Shown: positions 1-10,526 of the stretch, in pieces | How positions within the stretch are numbered: the first letter of the stretch is position 1 | Layout of the letters: the number at the start of each line of letters is the position of its first letter | Origin: Candidatus Saccharimonadales bacterium | GTDB taxonomy: Bacteria > Patescibacteriota > Saccharimonadia > UBA4664 > DATIHN01 | Direction of reading: 5' to 3' | Length of the DNA stretch: 64,000 nt | NCBI GenBank assembly: GCA_035480635.1 | Contig: DATIHN010000016.1 | Coordinates: 76,017 to 140,016, forward strand | Translations under genes and position numbers: made by a program | Notes under the pieces: generated by a model | What the model was told of the DNA's origin: nothing | Databases searched by the model: none | What the model saw: the letters and a program-made list of their open reading frames with translations, nothing else

Positions 1-37
1 TACTTCACCTTATAAGAACGAATTTAGCGATTAAGAA

Positions 38-415
38 CTAAAGCTCTAAATCAGCTAGTTCTTCCAGCTCTTTTTTGGTTTGAGCCTTGATATCAGTTTC
101 GTCTTCAGCTGTTGGTTCAGGCTCTTCTTTAACGGCTTCAACCGCCTCAGTTCTTTCGCCTTCTCCCTCTGGTTCAACAATTTTTAGGTTGACTCGCGAA
201 TCGCTCTTGGCGCCCAAAACTCTCAGGAGTGTCCGGATACTTTTAGCCGTAGCGCCGGCCTTACCAATAACTTTGCCCATGTCGGCTGGATCAACCGTTA
301 GTTCTAGCAGCACACCCATGTCATCTACTGTTCTTTTAACCTGAACTGCATCGGGGTTAGCTACCAAGGCTTTTACAACATATTCAACAAAGGCTTGATC
401 AATTTCAGTTGCCAT
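38..415 (-). CDS. khpA: KH-domain RNA-binding protein KhpA
   Basis: KH GxxG motif (DMGKVIGKAGATAKSIRTLL); canonical position downstream of rpsP. Confidence 0.9.
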   Translation of the reverse strand: MATEIDQAFVEYVVKALVANPDAVQVKRTVDDMGVLLELTVDPADMGKVIGKAGATAKSIRTLLRVLGAKSDSRVNLKIVEPEGEGERTEAVEAVKEEPEPTAEDETDIKAQTKKELEELADLEL

Positions 416-468
416 GGTTCGTCCTCTGATTACATACTAATAATAGCGTATCATGGCAAAATGTCGAA

Positions 469-1026
469 CTAAGCGTCTGTTGGTTCAGGCTTGGCATCAG
501 CTTCGGTTGAAGCTACTTCAGCCGCTACCTCGCTAGTCGCTTTGGCCGCACTAACGTCTTCGGCCAGACTAGCGGCCGTTTCGGCCTGGTTGGTTGGTTC
601 GTCTTTTTCGGCCACAGCATCAGCGTGCTCACTGGCCACCTCTGTCACACTGGCAGCCGATTGGTCTGATTCATCGCTTGAGGCGGCGACTGCCTCGGTT
701 TCAGCAGCTTGATCATTGGCCGGAGCCGCTTCCACTGTTGGCTGTGACTTTTTGGCCGGTCGGTTGCGGGTTGTAAGTTGAACCCACTCCGGCACGACTA
801 TCTTCTCTTGCTGTAATAGTTTAATCACGGCGTTCGATGGTTGGGCCCCATTGTTAATAAATTTTGTGGTCTCGTCTTTTTTAATAACCAATTCTTTAGT
901 GTGGGGATTATAATGGCCCAAAATCATGACAAATTTACCGATGGCAGCCCGCCGGGAGTCGGCGGCCACAATTCGGTAAGTTGGATACTTCTTACGACCG
1001 GTTCTGGCTAAACGTATAACTAACAT
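469..1026 (-). CDS. rpsP: 30S ribosomal protein S16 with long Ala/Glu-rich C-terminal tail
   Basis: MLVIRLARTGRKKYPTYRIVAADSR...LGHYNP...GAQPS. Confidence 0.97.
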   Translation of the reverse strand: MLVIRLARTGRKKYPTYRIVAADSRRAAIGKFVMILGHYNPHTKELVIKKDETTKFINNGAQPSNAVIKLLQQEKIVVPEWVQLTTRNRPAKKSQPTVEAAPANDQAAETEAVAASSDESDQSAASVTEVASEHADAVAEKDEPTNQAETAASLAEDVSAAKATSEVAAEVASTEADAKPEPTDA

Positions 1027-1079
1027 AGAACTAAAGAATTCTAGCTGTAATCAGGGTAAAAGTCAATTATAAACGTTCG

Positions 1080-1103
1080 GGCCCCAGTTTTTGGCTGGGG
1101 CCC
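1080..1103 (-). terminator. Hairpin after alpha/beta hydrolase gene
   Basis: GGGCCCCAG..CTGGGGCCC inverted repeat a few nt past the stop. Confidence 0.6.
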
Positions 1104-1107
1104 ATGT

Positions 1108-1836
1108 CTAGCTGGCTGCGACCGAAACTAATGCCACTGGTCGTTGCTGCCGATAGCGCAAGTTATGAATAATTGCAATCACCCGGGGGTCGAACATCAG
1201 CGCCAAATGTCCCGATGCCAGCGGCAAGCTACGCACCAGTTGGACATCTAGCCCAGTTGGCAAGTCGCTAGGCAAGTGCCTGCCGAAATAGTAACGGCGA
1301 ACGTCGGTACCCTCAGGGAATTCCAGGTCGAGCGCTGAACTGTGCGGCCAGACCAAGCCATCGCTAGCCCCGGCAATCAGCCGCACTGGAATCTCGGGGT
1401 CCCACTCAGTGGCGATGCGCTGCCGCAAGTTCTGGATGACTTCGCTTTCGGGGTGCATTTGGTTAATAGCCGGCAAAGTCCGGTCAAAGACCCAGGCCAG
1501 CGGCGCCGGTATGAACCTGACCCACTTGGTGCCGCCCAACGGTCCACAGAGCGAAACCACGCCGCAGACGTCACTGGGATGGTCGAGCGCATACATGAAG
1601 GCGTGAATAGCACCCTGCGAGTGCCCCATCTTGACCACCGGGCCGAGCGGCTCGATCCAATTGGCTAGGTCATCGGACAAGGTTTGATTAGTCAGCGGCA
1701 TGCTGCCCATGCCGAATTCCGGGATGGCAAATGGCCTGGCATCCCCCTCCAACCGATGTACGAGGTATGCCGTGTTGGCCACCCAACCTTTGATTACCCC
1801 AGTACCGCAAATCGTTGCTAGCGGTGCCAAACTCAT
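1108..1836 (-). CDS. Alpha/beta hydrolase (lipase/esterase-like)
   Basis: GHSQG nucleophile elbow, SDGLV Asp, C-terminal GH; own promoter, SD and hairpin. Confidence 0.75.
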   Translation of the reverse strand: MSLAPLATICGTGVIKGWVANTAYLVHRLEGDARPFAIPEFGMGSMPLTNQTLSDDLANWIEPLGPVVKMGHSQGAIHAFMYALDHPSDVCGVVSLCGPLGGTKWVRFIPAPLAWVFDRTLPAINQMHPESEVIQNLRQRIATEWDPEIPVRLIAGASDGLVWPHSSALDLEFPEGTDVRRYYFGRHLPSDLPTGLDVQLVRSLPLASGHLALMFDPRVIAIIHNLRYRQQRPVALVSVAAS

Positions 1837-1905
1837 TTCAGCCCCCTATGTCAAGAGAACTAGACTACTCTTGTAATAGCACAAGCACTTTACTTGCACA
1901 ATAGT

Positions 1906-2595
1906 TTATTTTTTGGCGTAGTCGGCTAGAGCTTGTTCGGCCGCCATTTGTTGCGCGGCCTGTTTGCTGGATCCTGTCCCCTTGCCCAGCATTTTCTTGC
2001 CAACGTAGACACCGACCACGAAGGTTTTATCGTGATCGGGCCCGCTCTCATCTAGAACCTTATAAGCTGGCGTGATGCCGTCATGATCTTGGGCCATTTC
2101 CTGAAACTTGCTTTTGGCATCGACCCAAGTACCGGTTTTGAGAATCCCGGGCAACTGAGCAATCATGTTCTTAGCAATGAAGTCGGCGGCGGCATCGTAG
2201 CCTTGGTCAAGATAAATGGCTCCAATAATAGCTTCGGTGGCATTAGCCGAAATTAACATTCGACTGCGATCATTGCCCTTGGTTTCGCCGCGACTAAGCT
2301 TCATAAAGTTCATCACCCCCAACTCCTCGGCCACAGCCGCCAGCGACTCAGTTTTTACCAGAGCGCTGCGCCAGTTGGTTAGATCCCCTTCTGGATTTTC
2401 ATAATTACGATACAGATGGTCGGTAACGACTAATTCCAGCACGGCATCGCCCAAAAATTCCAAGCGTTCGTTGTGCTCTAAACCCAGTTTAGGGTGTTCA
2501 TTTAAATATGAGCGATGAATGAAGGCCCGTTCTAATAATTTGGGGTCATTGAACTTCAACCCTAAAACGGCTTCGAACTCAGACACATCAGTCAT
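1906..2595 (-). CDS. rnc: Ribonuclease III
   Basis: HNERLEFLGDAVL signature plus C-terminal dsRBD. Confidence 0.98.
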   Translation of the reverse strand: MTDVSEFEAVLGLKFNDPKLLERAFIHRSYLNEHPKLGLEHNERLEFLGDAVLELVVTDHLYRNYENPEGDLTNWRSALVKTESLAAVAEELGVMNFMKLSRGETKGNDRSRMLISANATEAIIGAIYLDQGYDAAADFIAKNMIAQLPGILKTGTWVDAKSKFQEMAQDHDGITPAYKVLDESGPDHDKTFVVGVYVGKKMLGKGTGSSKQAAQQMAAEQALADYAKK

Positions 2596-3071
2596 GATTT
2601 TAATTTCTCCAATCCCATCCGAAAGAGCTTTTCGGTGTCCTTGTACTCAATTAGTTTTAGGGCTTCCTCAGACTTAAACCACTTAACGTCGATGATGCCT
2701 TCGCTATCGCCCATTTTAAGGTCATTTGTGTTTTTGGTGGCTTCAGTTAGAAATACGCTAGTGGTCATAAAGATCAGCTTACCGGCCCGACGGTAAAAAA
2801 AGTAGATGTTGTCTAGTTTGTGGCGAATTTTGAGGTGCTTTAAGCCGGTTTCTTCGCCGATTTCGCGCAAGGCCGTTTGCTCCAGCTTTTCGCCTTTTTC
2901 GACGTGGCCTTTCGGAATTGTCCAGCGGCCCTTGTGGTCTTGGATCATCAAAATCTCGAGCTCGCTACCGCGGCCACGATAAACCACCCCGCCGGCGGTG
3001 AATTCGCGCACCGCCCTACTTGGCTGGGTCTGAGTTGGCTGCTTTGGCTTGATGGTCTTCTTCTGGTTCAT
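2592..3071 (-). CDS. NUDIX hydrolase
   Basis: Nudix box [23 protein letters not shown]; start trimmed to MNQKK (3071), overlapping the 3' end of nusB. Confidence 0.85.
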   Translation of the reverse strand: MNQKKTIKPKQPTQTQPSRAVREFTAGGVVYRGRGSELEILMIQDHKGRWTIPKGHVEKGEKLEQTALREIGEETGLKHLKIRHKLDNIYFFYRRAGKLIFMTTSVFLTEATKNTNDLKMGDSEGIIDVKWFKSEEALKLIEYKDTEKLFRMGLEKLKS

Positions 3072-3498
3072 AGAAATCACTCTGGCGATAAATAGTACCG
3101 AGTACTCCGTTGACAAATTTGCTGGAATTTTCGCCCCCAAAGGCCTTGGCCAGCTCCACGGCCTCATTGATGGCCACTTTGGGCGGCACATCGCGCTTAA
3201 AGCACAATTCGTAAACTCCGATTCGCAAAACGATTTTATCGATTTTGGCAATTTGATCGACCGGCCACTCTGGTGCTGCCGGGCCAATCATGGCATCGAT
3301 GTTGTCTTGCTCTTTCAATACTCCCTGAACAATATCGTGGACGAAGTCTGTATCGTCGATGGCATTGGAAAATTCGCCCAGGTTGCGCTCTAGGATGGGG
3401 GCTAACACAACATCCTTTTCCTCGCTAGCGGCCCGAAAGTCATACTCGTAGAGTGTTTGCATCGCCACAATTCGGCCGAGATGACGATTGGATGCCAT
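3016..3498 (-). CDS. nusB: Transcription antitermination factor NusB
   Basis: [10 protein letters not shown]...[31 protein letters not shown]. Confidence 0.97.
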   Translation of the reverse strand: MASNRHLGRIVAMQTLYEYDFRAASEEKDVVLAPILERNLGEFSNAIDDTDFVHDIVQGVLKEQDNIDAMIGPAAPEWPVDQIAKIDKIVLRIGVYELCFKRDVPPKVAINEAVELAKAFGGENSSKFVNGVLGTIYRQSDFYEPEEDHQAKAANSDPAK

Positions 3499-3653
3499 TA
3501 TTTGTTCTTAAGAAGCCCCAATTTGGCGGCCCGCACCAGGCGATGCGGCAGGGCAACACCAGCCACCATCACAAGTTGCGGTTGCTTGAGTGCGTCGTGA
3601 CTGCGGCGTTGGCCCTTGGTACTATTGGTCGTTCGTTTCTTTGGAACTGCCAT
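3498..3653 (-). CDS. rpmF: 50S ribosomal protein L32 (51 aa, lacks zinc cysteines; absent from ORF track)
   Basis: Manual translation [51 protein letters not shown]; follows DUF177 gene. Confidence 0.92.
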   Translation of the reverse strand: MAVPKKRTTNSTKGQRRSHDALKQPQLVMVAGVALPHRLVRAAKLGLLKNK

Positions 3654-4123
3654 TACGGTCCTTTCTTGATTCTTGGTCTATTCCCTAGTTCTTGAATTTC
3701 GTGTTTGTGGTCTTTGGTTTGGCGTTGACCACATTCGGTACACAAGCCGGCGCAATCAGTGCTACAAAGCTGCTGAATCGGGATACTTACCAAAGCCTCT
3801 TGGCGCAACAGCGGCGTTAGATCAATTTCGCCTCGGCGCGTTATCGGCCATTCATCCTCACCTGGATTTAAGTTAAAGAGCCCGGTCAAATTCACTTGAG
3901 CCTGATGCTCGTAGGTATCCAAACAACGGTAGCATTCCAATTTAAAGACCAAATCGGCGCTGCCTTTGAGCGCTAGCCCCTCATCCAATTTGGTCAAACT
4001 GAATTGGCCGCTAACCGGTTGTGAGAGTTCAAGATCTGGGATGTTAGGGTACTCCCCCTCAATCGTGAAATCGGTGCTGGCACCGACATCACCAGCCAAG
4101 ATGTGACTTACATTTATGTGCAT
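3653..4123 (-). CDS. yceD: DUF177/YceD family protein
   Basis: ECYRCL and LCSTDCAGLCTECG motifs; upstream of rpmF. Confidence 0.9.
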   Translation of the reverse strand: MHINVSHILAGDVGASTDFTIEGEYPNIPDLELSQPVSGQFSLTKLDEGLALKGSADLVFKLECYRCLDTYEHQAQVNLTGLFNLNPGEDEWPITRRGEIDLTPLLRQEALVSIPIQQLCSTDCAGLCTECGQRQTKDHKHEIQELGNRPRIKKGP

Positions 4124-4231
4124 GTGCACTCTTAGCGCCAAGTATAGCCTAATTTGGCAGTTTTGACAATTATTTGATCACAAAATTAACTAGTTTATGC
4201 GATACGACGATTGGTGCCAAACAATTTTTTC

Positions 4232-4678
4232 TCAGGAGACCTGACCTTCGTCTTCGGAGCCAACGGGTTTTCTGACTTGGGCTGGTGATCTTGGAGTTCT
4301 GGTGGACGCACCTTTCTCATAATCTAATACCTTCATACCACCTTCCACTGGTTTTACATTCTTGTCCTTCGAGGAATCATCTGTAAAATCAACGCCGAAC
4401 TTTGCTATATCACCAGATGCCTCGCCCATCTCCTTTTTAATTTGTTCAGCACTTTCTCCACGTTCGACCATTCTCTGCCCCACATTTTCTGCTAACTGGC
4501 TGGCTCTTTCGGCATAAGTTCCTGCCGCATTAGACCACTCAGCCATTTCTCGCCGTCTGGCTTCAGCCTCGGGACCACTGGCCTTTGCCACTTCTTCCAT
4601 AGCCTTGAACTTTGATTCATCAGGACTACCACTGGTAACCTCTTCTCCTTCAGGACCTGGCCCATCTTCTGCACCCAT
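4232..4678 (-). CDS. Hypothetical acidic protein
   Basis: 148-aa ORF with strong SD (AAGGAGG); no recognisable motif. Confidence 0.6.
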   Translation of the reverse strand: MGAEDGPGPEGEEVTSGSPDESKFKAMEEVAKASGPEAEARRREMAEWSNAAGTYAERASQLAENVGQRMVERGESAEQIKKEMGEASGDIAKFGVDFTDDSSKDKNVKPVEGGMKVLDYEKGASTRTPRSPAQVRKPVGSEDEGQVS

Positions 4679-4721
4679 GATTACCCCTCCTTAAGTTAAA
4701 AATCTAATATTAACTACAGGC

Positions 4722-7616
4722 TTACTTTATCACAAAGTTAACCAGTTTGCGGGGCACTACAATGGTTTTAGCGATTTGTTTGCCCTCAAGATGCCGAGCG
4801 ACGTTTTCAAGTTCGGCAGCGGCTTTTTTGAGGTCATCTTCATTTATTGCAGGATCAATCGTTAATGTAGCTCGGAGTTTACCATTAACTTGGACCGGGA
4901 CTTCGATTAATTCTAGGCGGACGTACTTTTCATCATACTTAGGCCAGGTGCTAACGTGCACGCTTTCGGTGCCGCCTAGCTGCTCCCATAATTCCTCGGC
5001 CACGAAGGGGGCGAAAGGTGCCAGCAGCTGCACCAAAGTGTTGAGAGCGGTGGCCCAGGCGTCATGGGCATCGGCAAACGGCAAATCAACTTTCAATTTA
5101 TAGAGTTCGTTGGTTAGCTCCATTAATGCTGCTACAGCCGTGTTGAAGCTAAAGCTGCCAATGTCGTCCGTAACTTTCTTGATGGTGCGATGGGTGGCCG
5201 ACTGCAAAGCCGTTTCTAGTTCGGTCTTTGAACTACCTGAACCTACCTTAATCTCATCAAATTCCTGTACCAGTGCCCAGACTCGTTTGATAAAGCGTTG
5301 CGCACCATCTATGCCATTAGGGTTCCAGTCGACATTTTGGTTATAGGGCCCAATAAATAACTCATAGATGCGTAAGGCATCGGCGCCGTAACCTTGCTCG
5401 GTAATATCATCAGGCGTCACTACATTACCGTAGCGCTTACCCATTTTTCGGCCGTCGGCCCCACCAATCAGACCCTGGTTGCGCAGCTGTTTGAACGGTT
5501 CCTGGAAATTGATCAGGCCTTCATCGGCTAGAACCTTGGTCCAGAACCTGGCATAGAGCAAGTGGGCCACGGCATGCTCGACCCCACCCACGTAGGTATC
5601 AACCGGCAGCCAGTAGTTAGCAAGCTCTGGTTCAAAAGGGGCTTTGTCGTTGTGGGGGTCAGCGAAGCGTAAAAAGTACCAGCTACTATCCACGAACGTA
5701 TCCATAGTGTCGGTTTCGCGTTTGGCTGGCCCAGCACATTTTGGACATTTGGTGTTAACAAATGATTCGACCTTGGCTAGTGGCGATTGACCGCTGCCGT
5801 CAGGCAAATAGTCTTTGACTTCCGGCAGAATAACTGGCAAATCAGCTTCTGGCACTGGCACCGTGCCGCAGTTGTCGCAATAGATAATTGGAATCGGTGC
5901 GCCCCAATAACGCTGGCGGCTGATGAGCCAATCGCGCATGCGGTAATTGGTGTTAGCTTCAGCCTGGTTTTGCTTAGCCAAGAACTCAGTAATGGCTGGC
6001 CTGGCTTCGGATGAGCTCAAACCATCAAATTCGCCGGAATTATACAGAATGCCATCGCCTGTCCAAGGTTTAGCCAGAACAAACTTATCGTAGGCATAAC
6101 GATGGAGGTCGTCATGAACCTTGCTACCAGCTTCTGCCACACTTAGCCATTCAACTTTGAACTTACCGTGCTCATCGGGCTCGAGTTTTTGACCACTTTG
6201 TTCGGTGTTCTCTAGTTCAAAATAGAAGGCAATGGCATCAATTGAACGGGCCACCTTTTTAGAGTGAGCAAAGTAGTTATGATGAATGGTTTCTGATTGG
6301 CTAATTAACTTCAAGTTCTTGTAGCCAGTCTCCTCGGCCACCTCGCGCCTGGCCGTTTGTTCGGGATCTTCATCCTCATCGATCCCCCCACCGACAAAGA
6401 GGTTGCCCCCACTACCGTCACCCCAGTTAATCGAGAGAAGTTTTTTGGTTTTAGGATCCCGCACCACTGCTACAATACTTCGGCGGTGTTCCGGGTTTTC
6501 CTGCGGCGTGCCTGTGACAGGCTCAATTGAAGTTTTTAATGGGATATCGTATTTGCTAGCAAACTCAACGTCTCGCTCATCATGACCGTCACCAAAAACC
6601 GCACCCGTACCATAGCCTGGCAAAACAAAATCGGCTAACCAAATTGGCAACTTCTCATTATTAACTGGGTTGATAGCGTAGCTGCCGGTAAAGACGCCGG
6701 TTTTTTCCCGATCGGTTTCCATGCGCTGAATGTCCGATTCAACGGCGGCTGCCTTCTGGTAAGACTCAACTGCCTTTTTCTGAGTCGGCGTGGTCAGTTT
6801 TTGAACCATTGGATGCTCGGGGGCTAAAACCAGGAACGTAGCACTGTAAATCGTATCAATCCTGGTGGTGAATACTTCGATTGCCTCTTTTGAGCTCTCA
6901 ACCTTAAACTTGACCTTCGCTCCATGACTGCGACCAATCCAGTTGACCTGCATGGCTTTGATATTTTCGGGCCAGTCAATGTTTGCAAGATCATCCAACA
7001 AGCGATCAGCATAATCGGTGATTTTGAAGAACCATTGATTCAAACGGCGCTTCTCGACCTCGTGCCCACAGCGTTCGCAGACGTTTTTGGTACCGTCTTT
7101 AATAACTTGCTCGTTGGCGAGCACAGTTTTATCCTGCGGACACCAATTAACGCTAGCTTCGGCCTTGTAGGCTAAATCTCGATGATAAAACTTCAGAAAC
7201 AGCCATTGAGTCCAGCGATAATAATCGGGTTGGGCAGTATTGATTTCGCGCGACCAGTCGTAGCTGATACCAACGGCCGAAATTTGCTGCTTGAATGCGG
7301 CGATGTTTTTGGCTGTTGATTCGGCCGGTGACGTACCGGTTTTAATCGCAAAGTTTTCGGCCGGCAGGCCAAAGGCATCCCAACCCATGGGGTGGAGAAC
7401 ATTGAATCCCTGCATGCGTTTAAAACGGGCGTGGGCATCGGAAATAACATAGTTTCGAACATGGCCAACGTGCATGGTCTCACCGGATGGGTAGGGAAAC
7501 ATTTCGAGCTCATAAAACTTAGCTTTGGCTGGATTTTGATCCGCCTGATAGAGCTTAGTATCATCCCAAACTTTGGCCCACTTGGCTTCAACTTCGGCTG
7601 GTATATACTGCTTCAT
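4722..7616 (-). CDS. leuS: Leucine--tRNA ligase with inserted NUDIX domain
   Basis: MFPYPSG..HVGH, GWDAFGLPAEN, DWLISRQRYWG, DTMDTFVDSSWY, KMGKR; Nudix box within the CP1 region. Confidence 0.97.
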   Translation of the reverse strand: MKQYIPAEVEAKWAKVWDDTKLYQADQNPAKAKFYELEMFPYPSGETMHVGHVRNYVISDAHARFKRMQGFNVLHPMGWDAFGLPAENFAIKTGTSPAESTAKNIAAFKQQISAVGISYDWSREINTAQPDYYRWTQWLFLKFYHRDLAYKAEASVNWCPQDKTVLANEQVIKDGTKNVCERCGHEVEKRRLNQWFFKITDYADRLLDDLANIDWPENIKAMQVNWIGRSHGAKVKFKVESSKEAIEVFTTRIDTIYSATFLVLAPEHPMVQKLTTPTQKKAVESYQKAAAVESDIQRMETDREKTGVFTGSYAINPVNNEKLPIWLADFVLPGYGTGAVFGDGHDERDVEFASKYDIPLKTSIEPVTGTPQENPEHRRSIVAVVRDPKTKKLLSINWGDGSGGNLFVGGGIDEDEDPEQTARREVAEETGYKNLKLISQSETIHHNYFAHSKKVARSIDAIAFYFELENTEQSGQKLEPDEHGKFKVEWLSVAEAGSKVHDDLHRYAYDKFVLAKPWTGDGILYNSGEFDGLSSSEARPAITEFLAKQNQAEANTNYRMRDWLISRQRYWGAPIPIIYCDNCGTVPVPEADLPVILPEVKDYLPDGSGQSPLAKVESFVNTKCPKCAGPAKRETDTMDTFVDSSWYFLRFADPHNDKAPFEPELANYWLPVDTYVGGVEHAVAHLLYARFWTKVLADEGLINFQEPFKQLRNQGLIGGADGRKMGKRYGNVVTPDDITEQGYGADALRIYELFIGPYNQNVDWNPNGIDGAQRFIKRVWALVQEFDEIKVGSGSSKTELETALQSATHRTIKKVTDDIGSFSFNTAVAALMELTNELYKLKVDLPFADAHDAWATALNTLVQLLAPFAPFVAEELWEQLGGTESVHVSTWPKYDEKYVRLELIEVPVQVNGKLRATLTIDPAINEDDLKKAAAELENVARHLEGKQIAKTIVVPRKLVNFVIK

Positions 7617-7632
7617 CTTTTATCAACTTTAC

Positions 7633-7700
7633 CTGTCATTCTCTGGCTTGACCAGAGAATCTAATCACAGAGATCCTCGCATCACGTGCAAGGATGACAG
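7633..7700. repeat. REP-like palindromic element (TGTCAT...ATGACA type)
   Basis: CTGTCAT/ATGACAG ends enclosing ATTCTCTGG-CTTGA-CCAGAGAAT and a second imperfect hairpin. Confidence 0.6.
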
Positions 7701-7706
7701 CTATTA

Positions 7707-8996
7707 CTATTTTGCCGAGTCATAATCTTCGAATTGTTCCTTTTTGGTGGCCTGCCACTGGGCCGTCTGCCGGACTAATTTACTCCTGTCGGCGAGATTG
7801 CGCAAGACTTGGGCGGCAGCCTCTTCGCTAAAGACGCCGTTCTGGGAACCTTTAACCAAAATGGTATCGCCTGGCTGGATCAGGGGTTTCAAATATTTGC
7901 CGGCGGCGTAGGGCGACATGAATGATTTGATTTGACCCGCCTTAAGCCCCGCCTTAACGGCGGCTGGCACCAGGATGTCTTGGGCCTGGCGGCCAATGGT
8001 GATGAGTAGATCCAGCTGTCCGCAAGCTGCTCCAACTAATTCATGCCCCTCGCGAGCATAATCACCTAATTCATTCATCGAACCCAGTACGGCGATTTTG
8101 CGCCCGGTCGCAATTTTAGCAAGCGCCGCCAGAGCGGCTACCACGGCATCTGGGCTGGCATTGTAACTATCATCGATGATCAAGCTGTTATTCACCCCGT
8201 TTAGTAAATTCATCCGGCCGGCCACCGGTTTGAAATCAGCCAGGCCGCTAGCAATTTCAGTTTGACTTAGACCCAATTCTTGCCCAACAGCGGCTGCGGC
8301 CATCAAGGCATAGAGGCTGTGTTCGGCCACCACGTTGGTCTCGACATTGATCACTTTCTGACCCAAATCTAGTTGGCCGCTCAGAGTGTGGTTTTGGCTG
8401 ATTGATGTAAGAGTAAAATGGACGGCACCGGACTGGCCGTAGGTGATAACCTTTTGTTTGAGCTCGCTCTGGCGCATCTTTAGACCCTCATCATCGCCAT
8501 TGATTACGGCGACCTTGGAGCCGCGGGCCAAGCCAAATTCCTCATCGATAACGGCCTGCTTGGTTTTAAACTGGAGCATGTGTTCTGGAACCGTGGCAGT
8601 GACTACCCCAACATCGGGCTTGAGGAATTTCATGAAAGCCGGGATGTCACCGGGCTGATCGGTGCCCAATTCAACTAGGGCCACATCATAGTTGTAGTCT
8701 GTTCGCACAACTCTCCTGGCGGCTTTGAAGGTCGCTAGCCAAGCTAGGGGGTTATAAAGCGCTGGAACCTCTAACCCCAGAATTGAAAGTGGCACCGAAA
8801 TCGGATCATTATAATTGCCCTCGTGGTGATTAACGCGAAACTTTTGCTTTAATACGCTAGCAATCGCTAGTTTAGTTGAAGTTTTGCCAACGCTTCCGCC
8901 GACTGCCACCAATTTTAATTCTGGATTAGCTTGGCGCAATCGCCTAACATAGCCCTCGAGTACTGAAGCGAACAGTAATTTAAAAGAGCGTTTCAT
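7707..8996 (-). CDS. murF: UDP-MurNAc-tripeptide--D-Ala-D-Ala ligase
   Basis: GSVGKTSTK P-loop, GNYN, IIDDSYNASP, LGSMNELG, LVKGSQ. Confidence 0.9.
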   Translation of the reverse strand: MKRSFKLLFASVLEGYVRRLRQANPELKLVAVGGSVGKTSTKLAIASVLKQKFRVNHHEGNYNDPISVPLSILGLEVPALYNPLAWLATFKAARRVVRTDYNYDVALVELGTDQPGDIPAFMKFLKPDVGVVTATVPEHMLQFKTKQAVIDEEFGLARGSKVAVINGDDEGLKMRQSELKQKVITYGQSGAVHFTLTSISQNHTLSGQLDLGQKVINVETNVVAEHSLYALMAAAAVGQELGLSQTEIASGLADFKPVAGRMNLLNGVNNSLIIDDSYNASPDAVVAALAALAKIATGRKIAVLGSMNELGDYAREGHELVGAACGQLDLLITIGRQAQDILVPAAVKAGLKAGQIKSFMSPYAAGKYLKPLIQPGDTILVKGSQNGVFSEEAAAQVLRNLADRSKLVRQTAQWQATKKEQFEDYDSAK

Positions 8997-9207
8997 CGCC
9001 AGCCTCCATATGATCAACTGACTCTTTCGCAGCCTCAGAATCTAGCTGATTATTCCCAATTTCAACATCATTCAGGCCAGACCTTATGTCCTTAACATGT
9101 TTAAGTCTGCGTTCGCTACGAATAGCGTTAAGTTCCTCTGGCGTCGGCATACGATAGACGTCCCGGGCATCATCGGACGGTCGCTCGGTTGGAAGTTCTG
9201 CGCTCAT
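8980..9207 (-). CDS. Small hypothetical protein
   Basis: 75-aa ORF overlapping both neighbours in operon fashion. Confidence 0.5.
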   Translation of the reverse strand: MSAELPTERPSDDARDVYRMPTPEELNAIRSERRLKHVKDIRSGLNDVEIGNNQLDSEAAKESVDHMEAGDETLF

Positions 9208-10526
9208 ACTCCAGTACAGCTACTTGGCAGCTGCTCCCCGTTTTGGGCCTTGGTAAGCCAAGCCAGAGTGTCTTTATAGCTTTTTACCATAATGCTGTAA
9301 TGACTGGCATCGGGATAGGTTTGGATTTTGGCTGGCCCCGAACCGGCTCGACAAAGTAACGATAGGGCGTTGGTCTGCTGGTCGGGCAGGATAATATTAT
9401 CTTTTTGGCCCTGATTAATTAGTTTGGGCGTGGCCGTAGGTCCCGACCAGGACCGATTGGCCACCAAATCAGCCGCCAAATCGGGATAACTCGATGCTAG
9501 CGTAGAGGTTTTCAAAGCCGTTAAAAATTCCGGGGTGTAGACTTCTTCGGCTTTAGGCCAATATTTGACACTGTTGATGCAGTGTCCTAAGACGTCAGTT
9601 TTTAGAGTCGGGATCCACTTGGCTTGCAATATCGTATTAAGCGGAAAAGTCTGGTCGTAATAATCACTGTAGCTAACTAAAACATAGGGACCGAACCAAA
9701 CAATGTTTGCACCTCTGGCGATATCAGCCAAAGTTGTCGTAACATCGCTAACTGGCGCAAACGCCACCAGGCCTTTGATCTTTAGGTCTGGAGCATAAGA
9801 CGGTGCGATCTTATCAGCCCAAGCCACAGCCTGCCCACCCTGGGAATACCCAGCCAAGAACAGCCGGTTGCGGTCCAAATTTTTATAATCTCCCAGGTTG
9901 AAGGTTGCCCGAGCCGCATCCAAGACAGCTCGGCCCTCTAGTTCGCCCACCATGTAATGATGCAGCCGCGAACTATCGCGCATGCCTTCATAATCAGTAA
10001 TCACTACGGCATAGCCTTGGCCGGCATAAGCCGCCGCATGTGATTCATAGTTAGCCCAATTCGCTAAAGCTGGCACCTCTAGGCTGGCGGCGCATTCGTC
10101 GCCAATGCCGGTAGTTCCGGGTCCGAATGAGATTAGCGGGATTTTGCTAGATGTGTTGGTCCTTGGTAAATAGACCCGGGCGTAGAGGTCAATCTCCTGA
10201 CCTTGAGTATCAACACTGGTGTATTTTAGTAAGCGCTTGCTGATAGCGTTTTGAGCCGGCACGGTATCGGCACCGTAATTTTGTTTGGCCAGCGCATTCA
10301 CCTCCTCAACTGAATAATTCCGGATGACCTCCTGAGAAATTATTTTGCCGCCGGCGGGCTGATGAGAATGGCTAATTGGCAATATATCGCTAGGGGTTCT
10401 AAGAATCGAACGTTGTCCCAAGTAGACCCAGAGACCTAGTCCAATGACGATAATCAACAGTCCAGACAGCCAGTACTGGCGCTTGATGCGATTTCTGATT
10501 GATTTGAAAGTTATTTTTTTGCCCAT
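9204..10526 (-). CDS. Membrane-anchored secretory lipase (LIP family-like)
   Basis: N-terminal TM; PGTTGIGDECA, VVITDYEG, GYSQGG, late His (YPDASH). Confidence 0.85.
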   Translation of the reverse strand: MGKKITFKSIRNRIKRQYWLSGLLIIVIGLGLWVYLGQRSILRTPSDILPISHSHQPAGGKIISQEVIRNYSVEEVNALAKQNYGADTVPAQNAISKRLLKYTSVDTQGQEIDLYARVYLPRTNTSSKIPLISFGPGTTGIGDECAASLEVPALANWANYESHAAAYAGQGYAVVITDYEGMRDSSRLHHYMVGELEGRAVLDAARATFNLGDYKNLDRNRLFLAGYSQGGQAVAWADKIAPSYAPDLKIKGLVAFAPVSDVTTTLADIARGANIVWFGPYVLVSYSDYYDQTFPLNTILQAKWIPTLKTDVLGHCINSVKYWPKAEEVYTPEFLTALKTSTLASSYPDLAADLVANRSWSGPTATPKLINQGQKDNIILPDQQTNALSLLCRAGSGPAKIQTYPDASHYSIMVKSYKDTLAWLTKAQNGEQLPSSCTGV

